From contig PQXB01000002.1 in the NCBI GenBank assembly GCA_003194425.1, positions 48,677-80,676 on the forward strand: a stretch of DNA of 32,000 bases. The letters run 5' to 3'. This DNA comes from Candidatus Methanophagaceae archaeon. Its GTDB lineage: Archaea > Halobacteriota > Syntropharchaeia > Alkanophagales > Methanospirareceae. Every line of letters begins with the position of its first letter. Within the stretch, counting starts at the first letter, position 1. A model generated the notes under the pieces. That model did no database searches. It saw only the letters and a list, made by a program, of their open reading frames with translations, and was not told the DNA's origin. Shown in pieces: positions 1 through 7,983 of this stretch. Position numbers and translations under genes: made by a program.

Positions 1-147
1 TGGAGAATATATGAAGTTAATGGCTATCAACATGGCATTAACCAACACATACACCACTAAATGGGCTAAAAAGCCTCGCTTTTCCTCTTCTTCCCTTTCT
101 TCTCTGTACGCTTTTTTATATCTTTCTAATGATATTTCTTGTGCCAT
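1..147 (-). CDS. 2TM-domain-like small membrane protein, N-terminal part (runs off the left edge)
   Basis: Not in the ORF track because it is partial. A reverse-strand ATG at 147..145 opens a frame that stays open to base 1: MAQEISLERYKKAYREEREEEEKRGFLAHLVVYVLVNAMLIAINFIYSP. It has a charged head followed by a hydrophobic helix. The F..HL..Y..VN pattern is recalled from 2TM-domain proteins. Confidence 0.4.
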   Translation of the reverse strand, partial: MAQEISLERYKKAYREEREEEEKRGFLAHLVVYVLVNAMLIAINFIYSP

Positions 148-284
148 TTTTCACCTTCTTTCATAACCTTCTTTCATAAATTATGTTATTTTCCTTTTTC
201 CTTTTTAATCTTTTTTCTAAGGACGTCCAGAAGGTATGTAAATCTAATCTTTTTGAACCATACCAAAAATCCCAATTATCAATC

Positions 285-611
285 TTATCGAAACTTCTTC
301 TCCACGACCACAAAGCTCTTCGTCTTGCTCAGCGGTCGGCACTCCGCAATCTTCACCACATCCCCTCGCCTCGCGTTTATGCAGGGCGGGTTGTGTGCGT
401 GAATTTTCGACCGCCGCTTCTCGTACCGCTCGTACTTCCGCACCTTCTTCAAATAAGACCGCAAGACAACGACCGTCTTCGCCGCTCGGTCGCTCACCAC
501 AACGCCTTCCAAAATCTGCCCCCTCACCGGCAGCCTGCCGTGAAAAGGGCAGTTCTCGTCCTCGCAATCCTTTGTCGGAACTCTTACATCTATTCCAATG
601 TCAGTTTTCAT
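285..611 (-). CDS. rps17: 30S ribosomal protein S17 (uS17)
   Basis: The 108-aa ORF contains CPFHG...[17 protein letters not shown]...HAHNPPCI...[16 protein letters not shown], a typical archaeal S17. It sits in the expected position after Rpp29. Confidence 0.93.
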   Translation of the reverse strand: MKTDIGIDVRVPTKDCEDENCPFHGRLPVRGQILEGVVVSDRAAKTVVVLRSYLKKVRKYERYEKRRSKIHAHNPPCINARRGDVVKIAECRPLSKTKSFVVVEKKFR

Positions 612-616
612 TTTCC

Positions 617-898
617 TTAACCCCTCCTTTTTATCCTGTCCTCTGGTCTCGAAACGAGCAAGTCCCCGCTAACTCGCACTCGCACTCGCACCCGCTCCTC
701 TCCGTCTAAATCAAAAACAAAGACATTTCCCGCCTTTGCCACCTTCTTCTCTCTCTCGTCCTCAAGAACAAGCATATTCCGTGTCTCGTCTACCACCGCC
801 CCCCGCAGCCCCCGTAGATCTCTGTTACTGCTCTCTTCCACTTCTGCCCGCAACCCAATCAGCTCGTGTTGCAAGAAATTCTCTGCCGTTATTTTCAT
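617..898 (-). CDS. rnp1: RNase P protein component 1 (Rpp29/Pop4 family)
   Basis: [36 protein letters not shown] matches the Rpp29 core. It lies in the conserved L29-SUI1-Rpp29-S17 context and carries an RVRVRVRV repeat. Confidence 0.85.
   Translation of the reverse strand: MKITAENFLQHELIGLRAEVEESSNRDLRGLRGAVVDETRNMLVLEDEREKKVAKAGNVFVFDLDGEERVRVRVRVSGDLLVSRPEDRIKRRG
672..695 (-). repeat. 6-bp tandem repeat (actcgc x3 plus acccgc) encoding RVRVRVRV inside rnp1
   Basis: Read directly from the sequence at 672-695. Confidence 0.9.
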
Positions 899-919
899 TT
901 TATCCTTCGCTTCCTTCGC

Positions 920-1225
920 TTAGCCCTCGCCCTCCAGAGTGTAGCCCATTTCACGCAGCGTCCCCTCAACAAACTTCTTCTGGTCGCCCTGAAGTTCAAC
1001 GCACCCCTTTTTCACAGTGCCGCCGCACGCGCACCGTGCCTTCAACTCCTTAGACAGCCCTTTCAAATCCACTTCCTTCTCATTTATTCCCTTTACAACC
1101 GTAATAATCTTCCCAAATCGCCGCCTCGTCGTCAAGACCTTCACCACCTGCTGCTCCTTCGCAATCTCCCTGCAGATGCACAAGTCTTTCGGCAGCCCGC
1201 ATTTCGAGCAAACTTCCCTGCTCAT
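920..1225 (-). CDS. Translation initiation factor SUI1 (aSUI1/eIF1 family)
   Basis: It has an N-terminal CSKCGLPKDLCIC zinc knuckle followed by RRRFGKIITVVKGI...LKELKARCACGGTVK...ELQGD, which is the SUI1 fold signature. Confidence 0.9.
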   Translation of the reverse strand: MSREVCSKCGLPKDLCICREIAKEQQVVKVLTTRRRFGKIITVVKGINEKEVDLKGLSKELKARCACGGTVKKGCVELQGDQKKFVEGTLREMGYTLEGEG

Positions 1226-1482
1226 TTCACCCTCTCGTTCTCTCTTCCCGCCGCCGCTGTTCTCGCTGCTGCCTCCTCCTGCTCCCTCGCTTCCTCCCGT
1301 TCAACCGTTTTTATCCGCGCTATTGCTCTTTTTACCTCCCTTATTCTACCCGGATTATCCGGCGCTCCCCCCGTGGCAATTACGCCCCGCTCACGCATCA
1401 AATCCGTCTCCAAACTCTCTAACTCCTCCCTCCTCTCTTTCCCACTCATCTTCCTTATTTCGTCAATTCTAAATATGCTCAT
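1222..1482 (-). CDS. rpl29: 50S ribosomal protein L29 (uL29) with a charged C-terminal tail
   Basis: IRKMSGKERREELESLETDLMRERG...REVKRAIARIKTV matches uL29. It has 4-nt overlaps with both neighbours and follows S3 as expected. Confidence 0.85.
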   Translation of the reverse strand: MSIFRIDEIRKMSGKERREELESLETDLMRERGVIATGGAPDNPGRIREVKRAIARIKTVEREEAREQEEAAARTAAAGRENERVK

Positions 1483-2264
1483 TCTCCCTCTCTTTCCTTC
1501 TTCCCTTCCACTTCCTCGCCTTCCTTCTTCCTTTCCACTTCCCCGCCTTCCTTCTTCCTTTCCACTTCCTCGCCTTCCTTCTTCCCTTCCACTTCCTCGC
1601 CTTCCTTCTTCCCTTCCTCTCCCTTCTCTGCTTCAGATTTTACCGGTTTTGGCTTTAACTCCGCATTTTTATTCACAGCGACCACGCGAAGAGCGTCAGG
1701 CACTTTTGCGTCTGGCTTCACAATCCAGACCCTCACGCCAATAACCCCCGTCCTTGACTTCGCGATTGCGTAGCCACGATCCACAATCTCCTCCGCGACT
1801 ACACCGCAATGTTTTATGTAGCCGTCGATCATCTTTTCCATACGACCCCGCGGTCCCTTGAGCTTGCCCGACATTATAATTTCGCAGCCCAACGCCCCTC
1901 TGTCCATTATTCGTTGCAGCGTTGACCTGCCTGCCCGTCGGAAATGCCAGCCTCTTTCGATGAGTTTTGCGAGTCGGTTAGCCATCAACGACGCGTTCAA
2001 GTCCGGCACGGAAATCGGTTGCACATCAATTTGCGGGTTGTCCAGTTCTTGTTTCCGGGCTACATCTTCTGTCAGCTGTTTTATCCGCCGCCCATCTTTT
2101 CCAATTATCATCCCCGGCTTCTCAACGTTCACCGTTATCTGCGTCCCCATCGGGGTCCTTTTCATTTCCATTCCCCCGTACCCCGCCCGCTCCAACTCCT
2201 TCTCAAAAAACTCGTCCATCCGAACCTTCTTTATCCCTTCCTTCACAAAAATCTTCTCTATCAC
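1479..2264 (-). CDS. rps3: 30S ribosomal protein S3 (uS3) with a repetitive C-terminal extension
   Basis: A KH-domain core is present: EKPGMIIGKDGRRIKQLTEDV...ERGWHFRRAGRSTLQRIM..GALGCEI. The tail is (KKEGEEVEG)n. Confidence 0.95.
   Translation of the reverse strand: MIEKIFVKEGIKKVRMDEFFEKELERAGYGGMEMKRTPMGTQITVNVEKPGMIIGKDGRRIKQLTEDVARKQELDNPQIDVQPISVPDLNASLMANRLAKLIERGWHFRRAGRSTLQRIMDRGALGCEIIMSGKLKGPRGRMEKMIDGYIKHCGVVAEEIVDRGYAIAKSRTGVIGVRVWIVKPDAKVPDALRVVAVNKNAELKPKPVKSEAEKGEEGKKEGEEVEGKKEGEEVERKKEGGEVERKKEGEEVEGKKEREGE
1483..1630 (-). repeat. 27-bp tandem repeat (four full units at 1504-1611 plus degenerate flanks) encoding the uS3 tail
   Basis: Units start at 1504, 1531, 1558 and 1585 (ccttccacttcctcgccttccttcttc and close variants). 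The tract is pyrimidine-rich on the + strand, so purine-rich on the mRNA. Confidence 0.9.
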
Positions 2265-2305
2265 TTTCCTCTCCTTTTCATTTCCTTCTCCTACCTTTCC
2301 CCCAC

Positions 2306-2845
2306 CTAACTCTTCTCCCCCTCTTCCCTTAACACCATTTCAATCGTAACCGTCTCGGTGTTCTTTGCGGTGGCACGACCAAAGGCTCGCGGCATCGTCC
2401 CTTTTAAGGTCCGACCTTTCTTCGTCGCAGTGTGCCAAATCCGCATCGTTTCAGGGTCAAGCCCCTTGTACTCCGCGTTCCCCATCGCAGACCGCAGCAG
2501 CCTCAAAATCTCCGCACTCGCCTTCACCGGGTACCGCCCTGCGTCCCACTTCCATTTTTTCAACCCCCGCCGGTGCCCGACCTTCTTCTTGTGCCGCTTG
2601 AACGGTACTGCTGCACGCTTCTCCAAGACCGCCTCCAAGAACGTCTCCGCTTCCTCCACCTTCTTCCCTTTTACCGCCCTGCAAATCTCGAACGCGTGTT
2701 TAGGCGAAATGTGTAGTTCGTGTGCCATCGCCCTCGCAGTCGTTTCAGGATCGACTTCGGTCCCAGTTTTAGTTCCTGTTTTAGTTCCTGTTTTAGTTCC
2801 GGCTCCGGTCTTGTTCCCGTCTACGCAATATTTTACCCTGCCCAT
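2306..2845 (-). CDS. rpl22: 50S ribosomal protein L22 (uL22) with an N-terminal TGTK repeat
   Basis: ARAMAHELHISPKHAFEICRAVKGKKVEEA...VPFKRHKKKVGHR...GRYPVKA is a typical archaeal L22. Confidence 0.9.
   Translation of the reverse strand: MGRVKYCVDGNKTGAGTKTGTKTGTKTGTEVDPETTARAMAHELHISPKHAFEICRAVKGKKVEEAETFLEAVLEKRAAVPFKRHKKKVGHRRGLKKWKWDAGRYPVKASAEILRLLRSAMGNAEYKGLDPETMRIWHTATKKGRTLKGTMPRAFGRATAKNTETVTIEMVLREEGEKS
2764..2799 (-). repeat. 12-bp tandem repeat x3 (ctgttttagttc) encoding TGTKTGTKTGTK in uL22
   Basis: Read directly. Degenerate copies continue to about 2817. Confidence 0.9.
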
Positions 2846-2884
2846 TTTTTACATTCTTTACCTTTTTTACTCTGCCTAACTACC

Positions 2885-3349
2885 TCACCTCAGAGGCACA
2901 TATTTCGAGGACCTCGTAGCCCCGACGCCCGCAGCACCGTGCAACACCCGTTTCCGCGTCAGTGCAAGCTCGCCCAAATAATGCCCTATCATTTCTGTCT
3001 TTATCTCCACGTACTCAAAACTTTTCCCGTTGTGAATCCCAACTTTCTTCCCAACCATTCCAGGCAGCACAAGAGCGTCCCTCAAATGCGTCTTAACGCT
3101 CTCGCCCGCCTCGCTCGCCTCGCCCCCGCCGCTCACCGACTTGACCGACTTGAGAGCCTCAAGCAGTTTATTTTCGCCCTCTCGCAGCCCCCGCTTCAAT
3201 TTCCGCCGCTGCCTCGCGCACATTAATTCCGCCAAATCCTCAAGCCTCATCTTCTTCAACTTCGCCAGCGTGTAGCCACGAAAAGTGAACTCCTCTTCCT
3301 TCTTTTTTAGCGTAGTCTTTGATTTAGACTTCCTCTTCTTCTTTCCCAT
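2885..3349 (-). CDS. rps19: 30S ribosomal protein S19 (uS19) with an internal low-complexity insert
   Basis: [14 protein letters not shown]...RRKLKRGL...[45 protein letters not shown]-like core. The insert [18 protein letters not shown] lies at about 3098-3150. Confidence 0.9.
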   Translation of the reverse strand: [154 protein letters not shown]

Positions 3350-3387
3350 TTTTAACCTCCTCTTTTCTCTTTAGTCAATTTTCAATT

Positions 3388-4224
3388 TCAACCTTTTCCC
3401 CCCCGCCCTGTTCTCTTTGCCGCGATGCTGCCTACTTTTCTTCCAGGTGGGGCTCCTTTACCAGGTGTCTTGGACTTACCGACGTGTTGGTGCCCACCAC
3501 CGCCGAAGGGGTGGTCGACCGAGTTCATTGCGACGCCTCTCACTGTTGGATATTTCGCTGCACGTGCCTTCATTTTGTGGTACTTCTTCCCTGCTTTTAC
3601 AAAAGGTTTTTCAGTCCGACCGCCGCCTGCGACAACCCCAATCGTGGCGAAGCAGTCCGAAGAGAGCCACTTCTTCTTCCCGCTCGGCATCACCACGAGC
3701 GTCTTCCCTGCTCCTGCTCCAGTTCTTCCGCCTGCTCCAGTTCTCCCGCCTGCTCCTACCCCTCTTCCTGCTCCTGTTTCTTCCGTCTCCGTCTCCTGCT
3801 CGTGAGCGAGCAGCGTAGCAAAATTGCCTGACGCCCTCGCAAACTTACCACCGTCGTTCGGTCTCGCCTCCAAGTTGCAGACTGTGATTCCTTCGGGAAT
3901 GCAGCGAAGAGGGAGAGTATTTCCTGTTTTTATCGCCGCGGACTCGCCGTAAACCATCTCGTCCCCCACCCCAACGCCCTCCGGCACAACCACAAATCTC
4001 TCCTCTGTTTTTTCCTCCTTCTCCCCTCCTTCTCGTTTTTCAATCGTTAAGCGAGCAATCGGCGTACTCCTCGCAGGGTCGTGCACAATTTCCGCGATTT
4101 TCCCCAACACAGTCTCATTTTTATTCACCCGCAAATGCTCGAGTTTCCCCTTGTACTTGTGCGAGGGAGCTTTAAATGTGGGCGAACCTCTTCCCCGCCG
4201 CTGCGCAATTATTCTTTTTCCCAT
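3388..4224 (-). CDS. rpl2: 50S ribosomal protein L2 (uL2) with an internal repeat insert
   Basis: GKRIIAQRRGRGSPTFKAPSHKYKG...GNTLPLRCIPEGITVCNLE...KYPTVRGVAMNSVDHPFGGGGHQH matches uL2. The insert is ETETEETGAGRGVGAGGRTGAGGRTGAGAG. Confidence 0.95.
   Translation of the reverse strand: MGKRIIAQRRGRGSPTFKAPSHKYKGKLEHLRVNKNETVLGKIAEIVHDPARSTPIARLTIEKREGGEKEEKTEERFVVVPEGVGVGDEMVYGESAAIKTGNTLPLRCIPEGITVCNLEARPNDGGKFARASGNFATLLAHEQETETEETGAGRGVGAGGRTGAGGRTGAGAGKTLVVMPSGKKKWLSSDCFATIGVVAGGGRTEKPFVKAGKKYHKMKARAAKYPTVRGVAMNSVDHPFGGGGHQHVGKSKTPGKGAPPGRKVGSIAAKRTGRGGKG
3713..3748 (-). repeat. 18-bp tandem repeat x2 (cctgctccagttcttccg / ...ctcccg) within a longer low-complexity insert (about 3706-3800) in uL2
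   Basis: Read directly from the sequence. Confidence 0.85.
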
Positions 4225-4308
4225 TTTTCGTCTCTCCTTTCCTCTCTCCCCCTTCTTCTCTTCTTCTCTCTCCCCCTTCCTCTCTTCTTTCTAATCCTTC
4301 CGCTCTAA
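4225..4308 (-). repeat. Homopyrimidine (+ strand), i.e. sense-strand homopurine, intercistronic spacer between rpl23 and rpl2
   Basis: This is an 84-nt C/T-rich tract. The motif ctctctcccccttc occurs at 4242-4255 and again at 4266-4279. Confidence 0.85.
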
Positions 4309-4563
4309 TTATAAAACTCCAAGCGAGGTTGCGACCTCTTTCGCCTTGCCCTCCTCTTCCAGTTCAATTATCGCTTTCTTCTCGCCTTTGAAAGTCAGCA
4401 TCGTCCTTACGCTCCGCACCGACGCCTCAAACACTCGCTCCACCTCGCTCGCTATTTCTCTCTTGTTCGCCTGTAGGTCGACGATAAACTGCAGTTTGTT
4501 CTCCGAATCAATCATCAGCGTCGCCTTTTCACTTGGAACAATGTGCTTCAGTTTCAGTCCCAT
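4309..4563 (-). CDS. rpl23: 50S ribosomal protein L23 (uL23)
   Basis: The 84-aa ORF contains KLQFIVDLQANKREIASEVERVFEASVRSVRTM...GEKKAIIEL, a uL23 pattern. It sits in the expected position between L4 and L2. Confidence 0.85.
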   Translation of the reverse strand: MGLKLKHIVPSEKATLMIDSENKLQFIVDLQANKREIASEVERVFEASVRSVRTMLTFKGEKKAIIELEEEGKAKEVATSLGVL

Positions 4564-5429
4564 TTTTTACCCTCTCTTTTAGTCAAGGTTTTTTCTTTAG
4601 AGAAAAGGTTGTTAGAGAAAAAGTTGAGAGCGGACTCGGTCCAGATTGTCAGCCTGCCGGGGTGCGTCCCGGGTGCGAGCAGTTCGGCGTTCAACTCCGC
4701 CACACGAGCTACCTCCACGCCCGGCAGATTCTTCGCACCTGTCTTTATTTTCGCCTCTGCCACCGTTCCTGCCGCCGCTTCCACCTCTGCCTCTGCCACC
4801 GCCTCTTTTCCAGAAACGACGATTAAAACGCTCTTTCTACGCTTGTACCTTCTGCCGCGCATTTTTCCTCGCCCTGCCCGCACTTTCCTCTCCTTCGCAC
4901 GGAGAAGGTCTTCCCAGACGCCGGCGGACTTTAAAAAATCCTCTACCTCCGCTGTTTTTCCCAAGCCTGCGAGCGAGTCTTCCACCACCAACGGCAGTTC
5001 AACTTCTTCGCCGAATTTGTGCCCTCTGCTTCTCACGATTTCGGAGTCTGCGGTGGCTGCAACGGCAGACCGCACCGCCCTCCGCCGCTCTTTCTTGTTT
5101 ATTTTCTGCTTCAAAACTTTTTCGGTTTTTGGCGGGTGTGCTCGTCTTCCGCCGACAGTCTGCGGGGCGCGTGCTGCTCGGTTGCCTGTTTTTATGCGAG
5201 CAACTCTTGAGACGCCTCTGCCGACGCCCCAGCTCTCAGCCGAGGTTCTCTTCCCTGCTAAAATGTCAGAGCCTTTTGGCTGAAACCTGTGCGACTGCAC
5301 TGCCAGCACCGCCCGTTTTATCAGGTCGGGCCTGTACTCCTCGCTAAAGACCGAGGGCAGCGCCACCTCCCGCACAGCCTTCCCCGACAAGTCCAAGACT
5401 TTGACTCTCCCTTCTGCCTCTTTTATCAT
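4554..5429 (-). CDS. rpl4: 50S ribosomal protein L4 (uL4) with an Ala/Glu-rich insert
   Basis: YRPDLIKRAVLAVQSHRFQPKG...RVARIKTGNRAARAPQTVGGRRAHPPK matches uL4. The insert AVAEAEVEAAAGTVAEAK is at about 4751-4806. The 3' end overlaps the rpl23 start by 10 nt. Confidence 0.9.
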   Translation of the reverse strand: MIKEAEGRVKVLDLSGKAVREVALPSVFSEEYRPDLIKRAVLAVQSHRFQPKGSDILAGKRTSAESWGVGRGVSRVARIKTGNRAARAPQTVGGRRAHPPKTEKVLKQKINKKERRRAVRSAVAATADSEIVRSRGHKFGEEVELPLVVEDSLAGLGKTAEVEDFLKSAGVWEDLLRAKERKVRAGRGKMRGRRYKRRKSVLIVVSGKEAVAEAEVEAAAGTVAEAKIKTGAKNLPGVEVARVAELNAELLAPGTHPGRLTIWTESALNFFSNNLFSKEKTLTKREGKKWD

Positions 5430-5444
5430 CTCTTCTCTTTTCTT

Positions 5445-6473
5445 TTATTTTTTGCGAATATAAATAATCTCCGGCACGCTCGGTTTAGAGTGCGATCTTA
5501 TCGAGTGCGAGAGTCTTACAAGCCGCTTCTTCGGTCCTGGAACGCTCCCTTTCACCAAAATAAACCCGTTCCGCACCTCCCCGTACTTCACGAAGCCACC
5601 CTTTGGCGTTACCTCCTCGCCGTTCTCCCCGATTTTCAGGACTTGCTTGTTGTACTCGGTTCGCTGCTGGTAGCCGGTCTGCCCGAGTTGAGGGATTTTC
5701 CAGCGCACCCGCCGCGGCTTCCAAGCCCCAATGCAGCCCACGTGGCGACCTCTTCCCGACCGCCGCGCCTTTGCATTCTGAATCATCACACCCCACCGCT
5801 TCACGGGTCCCTGCGTGCCTTTCCCAGTCGTTACTGCGGTAACATCCACAAAGTCGCCGTCTTTGAAGACCTCGCCGATTTTTAACTCCTTTCCAAGCAC
5901 TTCTCTCGCGTACTCAAGGTCTTTCTCAACCTCGACGCCCCCCCCGCTCATCTTTATTTCCATCGTCTCGTGCTTCTTCTTCGGCACCCCGCTCACGAGT
6001 TTTGGCTGCGTTGAAATTAGCAAAGTCACGCTAAAATCGTGCGCGTTGCCCTTGACGCTCGCACTTTTGATTAGGTCTGCCACCTTCTCAAAACCCGCTT
6101 CAGCCCCTGCGCCTGCCTCTGCGCCTGCCTCTGCGCCTGCCCCTGCGCCTGCCCCTGCGCCTGCCTCTGCTCTCACTTCGGTTACCACCCGCTTTCCGTA
6201 GCTGGTATTTTTGTAAAGCCGAAGACCTTCTACCCTCACAGGCGGCGTCTCGATTACAGTCGCAGGAACGGAAATCTCCATTCCTTTTGTCAGGCTGTGC
6301 GGGGCGTTGTCTGCTAAAATGAGGTGCGTCATTCCGGCTTTGTAGCCCGCAAAACCCTGAATCCTTCTGCCTGCCGCTCTCTCTTCTCTTTTGATCCTGC
6401 AAGTCTCACTTCTCGCCCGCGTTCTCGGTGAGAAGGCGAGTGAGCCTCGTCTTGGTCGGTGTCGTTTGGACAT
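5445..6473 (-). CDS. rpl3: 50S ribosomal protein L3 (uL3) with a GA/EA repeat insert
   Basis: RPRRGSLAFSPR...GFAGYKAGMTH...TAVTTGKGTQGPVKRWGV...GRHVGCIGAW.P.RV matches uL3. Confidence 0.95.
   Translation of the reverse strand: MSKRHRPRRGSLAFSPRTRARSETCRIKREERAAGRRIQGFAGYKAGMTHLILADNAPHSLTKGMEISVPATVIETPPVRVEGLRLYKNTSYGKRVVTEVRAEAGAGAGAGAGAEAGAEAGAGAEAGFEKVADLIKSASVKGNAHDFSVTLLISTQPKLVSGVPKKKHETMEIKMSGGGVEVEKDLEYAREVLGKELKIGEVFKDGDFVDVTAVTTGKGTQGPVKRWGVMIQNAKARRSGRGRHVGCIGAWKPRRVRWKIPQLGQTGYQQRTEYNKQVLKIGENGEEVTPKGGFVKYGEVRNGFILVKGSVPGPKKRLVRLSHSIRSHSKPSVPEIIYIRKK
6097..6170 (-). repeat. 12-bp tandem repeat x6 (gcgcctgcctct / gcgcctgcccct) encoding [26 protein letters not shown] in uL3
   Basis: Units are at 6097, 6109, 6121, 6133, 6145 and 6157. 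Confidence 0.9.
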
Positions 6474-6489
6474 TTTCTTGCGTAAATTT

Positions 6490-6560
6490 TTTGTTATTTT
6501 AAATTAGCATTAAATATAAAAACATTAAAAATTTAGAAACTTTGTAGTTTGTAGATGAAA
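6490..6560. promoter_or_regulatory. AT-rich divergent promoter region between rpl3 and the 6575 gene
   Basis: TATA-like strings (ttttaaatta, ttaaatataaaaac) lie at about 6495-6525. They are about 45-55 nt from both start codons. No TSS data are available. Confidence 0.35.
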
Positions 6561-6574
6561 GGAGACGAAGAAGA

Positions 6575-7726
6575 ATGGATTTCATCGACCAGATAAAAGC
6601 ACTGTCTGATCAGATTTCTAAAGAATTGGAGCATTTAGAGACGGAGGAGGCGACGAAGCACGCCCTTGTTCTGCCGTTCATTAACGCGCTGGGTTACAAT
6701 GTCTTTAATCCTTGGGAGGTGGTGCCGGAATTCACCTGCGATGTCGGGAAAAAGAAGGGTGAGAAAGTGGATTACGCGTTGATGAAAGCCGGAAAACCAA
6801 TTATGCTTTTTAAGTGCAAGTCTGCGAACGCTGACCTGGGAAAGGAACACGCAGACCAACTTTACAGATATTTCTCGGTTACCGAGGTAAAAGTCGGGGT
6901 TCTCACGAACGGGGTCGTCTACAAATTTTACAGCGACCTCGAAGAGACGAACAAAATGGACGCAAAACCGTTTCTTGAACTTGACCTGCTTGACTTGAAG
7001 GAGGTGGTTGTAGAGGAGTTGAAACGGTTCAGGAAGGAGTCTTTTGACTTGGGTGCGGTTGTCTCTGCGGCGAGCGAGTTGAAATACTCGAAAGAAATAA
7101 AGAGGATTCTGGGAGAGGAACTCAATTCGCCCTCCGACGAGTTTGTTAAGTTCTTTACGAAGCAGGTTTACTCGGGAAGGGTGACAAAAACGGCTCTGGA
7201 AAAGTTTAGGGAAATTATTCACCAAGCGTTTAAACAGTTCGTCAACGAAAAGATCAGCGACCGACTGAAATCGGCGTTGGAGAAGGAGCAAGAGCAAGAA
7301 GGTGCTGCAGGTGTAGCAGAAGAGCGCGGTGCGGAGGGCGGGAGGAGTGAAGAAAAGAAAGAGAAAGAAGAGGGTCTTGTCACGACCGAAGAGGAAGTAG
7401 AGGGTTTTTTTATTGTCCGTGCGATTTTGCGTGAGACTACTGAGCCCGAGAGAGTTATTTTGAAGGACCGGAAAAACTACTGCAACGTTCTGCTGGACAA
7501 CAATATTAGAAGACCGATTTGCAGGTTCTACTTCAACACCCGGCAGAAATATGTAAGTTTCTTTGACGCGGAGAAAAAGGAGGAGAAGGTGGCGGTAGAG
7601 AACTTGAGTGAGATTTACAACTACGCTGAGAGGCTTAAAGCAACGGTCGACTACTACAAGGGCTACGAGGGAAGTGGCGTACCTGAAGCTAGTCCAGAAT
7701 CAGAAAAAGAAAACAAAAACATTTAA
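6575..7726 (+). CDS. HsdR-N-terminal-like (restriction-endonuclease-fold) domain protein, function unknown
   Basis: The N-terminal 120 aa are EEATKHALVLPFINALGYNVFNPW...GEKVDYALMKAGKPIMLFKCKS...HADQLYRYFSVTEVKVGVLTNGVVYKFY. This follows the pattern I recall for standalone type I R-subunit N-terminal domains. The C-terminal half has FFIVRAIL...YCNVLLDNNIRRPICRFYFN. A low-complexity insert is at about 7291-7375. Confidence 0.5.
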   Translation: MDFIDQIKALSDQISKELEHLETEEATKHALVLPFINALGYNVFNPWEVVPEFTCDVGKKKGEKVDYALMKAGKPIMLFKCKSANADLGKEHADQLYRYFSVTEVKVGVLTNGVVYKFYSDLEETNKMDAKPFLELDLLDLKEVVVEELKRFRKESFDLGAVVSAASELKYSKEIKRILGEELNSPSDEFVKFFTKQVYSGRVTKTALEKFREIIHQAFKQFVNEKISDRLKSALEKEQEQEGAAGVAEERGAEGGRSEEKKEKEEGLVTTEEEVEGFFIVRAILRETTEPERVILKDRKNYCNVLLDNNIRRPICRFYFNTRQKYVSFFDAEKKEEKVAVENLSEIYNYAERLKATVDYYKGYEGSGVPEASPESEKENKNI

Positions 7727-7749
7727 GCCAAAATTTTCAAAACAGATTT

Positions 7750-7832
7750 GCGGGGGTTGCCAAGAGGACAAAGGCGCAGCGTTGAGGTCGCTGTCCCGTA
7801 GGGGTTCGAGGGTTCAAATCCCTCCCTCCGCA
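7750..7832 (+). tRNA. tRNA-Leu (anticodon GAG), class II with long variable arm, no encoded CCA
   Basis: Hand fold: acceptor GCGGGGG/CCTCCGC (one G-U pair), 3-bp D stem GCC/GGC, and anticodon stem CAGCG/CGCTG with loop TTGAGGT. The variable arm is CCC-GTA-GGG. The T arm is GAGGG-TTCAAAT-CCCTC and the discriminator is A. Confidence 0.9.
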
Positions 7833-7844
7833 CTTGAGGTAGAG

Positions 7845-7983
7845 TAAAGGGAGAGAGAAGGGAGGGAGTAGGAGAAAGAGGAGTAAAGGAGAGAGGGAGA
7901 GGGAGAGGGAGAGAGAGGGGAGGGAGTAGGAGAGAGGAGAAGAGGAGAGAGGAGAAGAGGAGAGAGGAGGAGAGGAGAGAAAG
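7845..7983 (+). repeat. About 140-nt nearly pure homopurine tract between tRNA-Leu and ftsZ, with an internal mirror repeat
   Basis: Only A/G apart from a few T in gta/agta. GGGAGGGAGTAGGAGA occurs twice (7860-7875 and 7918-7933). A 35-nt perfect mirror repeat spans 7931-7965. Confidence 0.9.

Noticed and set aside
866-1744. Long ORFs antisense to known genes. Examples: 866-1744 (+), 292 aa; 4543-5283 (+), 246 aa; 13296-13991 (-), 231 aa; 6635-7297 (-); 8187-8750 (-); 7723-8123 (-).
   Set aside because: All lie opposite strongly recognisable genes or opposite homopurine tracts. Their products are S/L/P/F/C-rich, low-complexity translations of the pyrimidine strand. Stop codons are rare there for compositional reasons. 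I saw no motif support.
6474-7983. The HsdR-N-like gene plus tRNA-Leu considered as an integrated mobile element.
   Set aside because: I found no integrase and no direct repeat of the tRNA 3' end elsewhere in the window. The gene carries the host-typical low-complexity insert.
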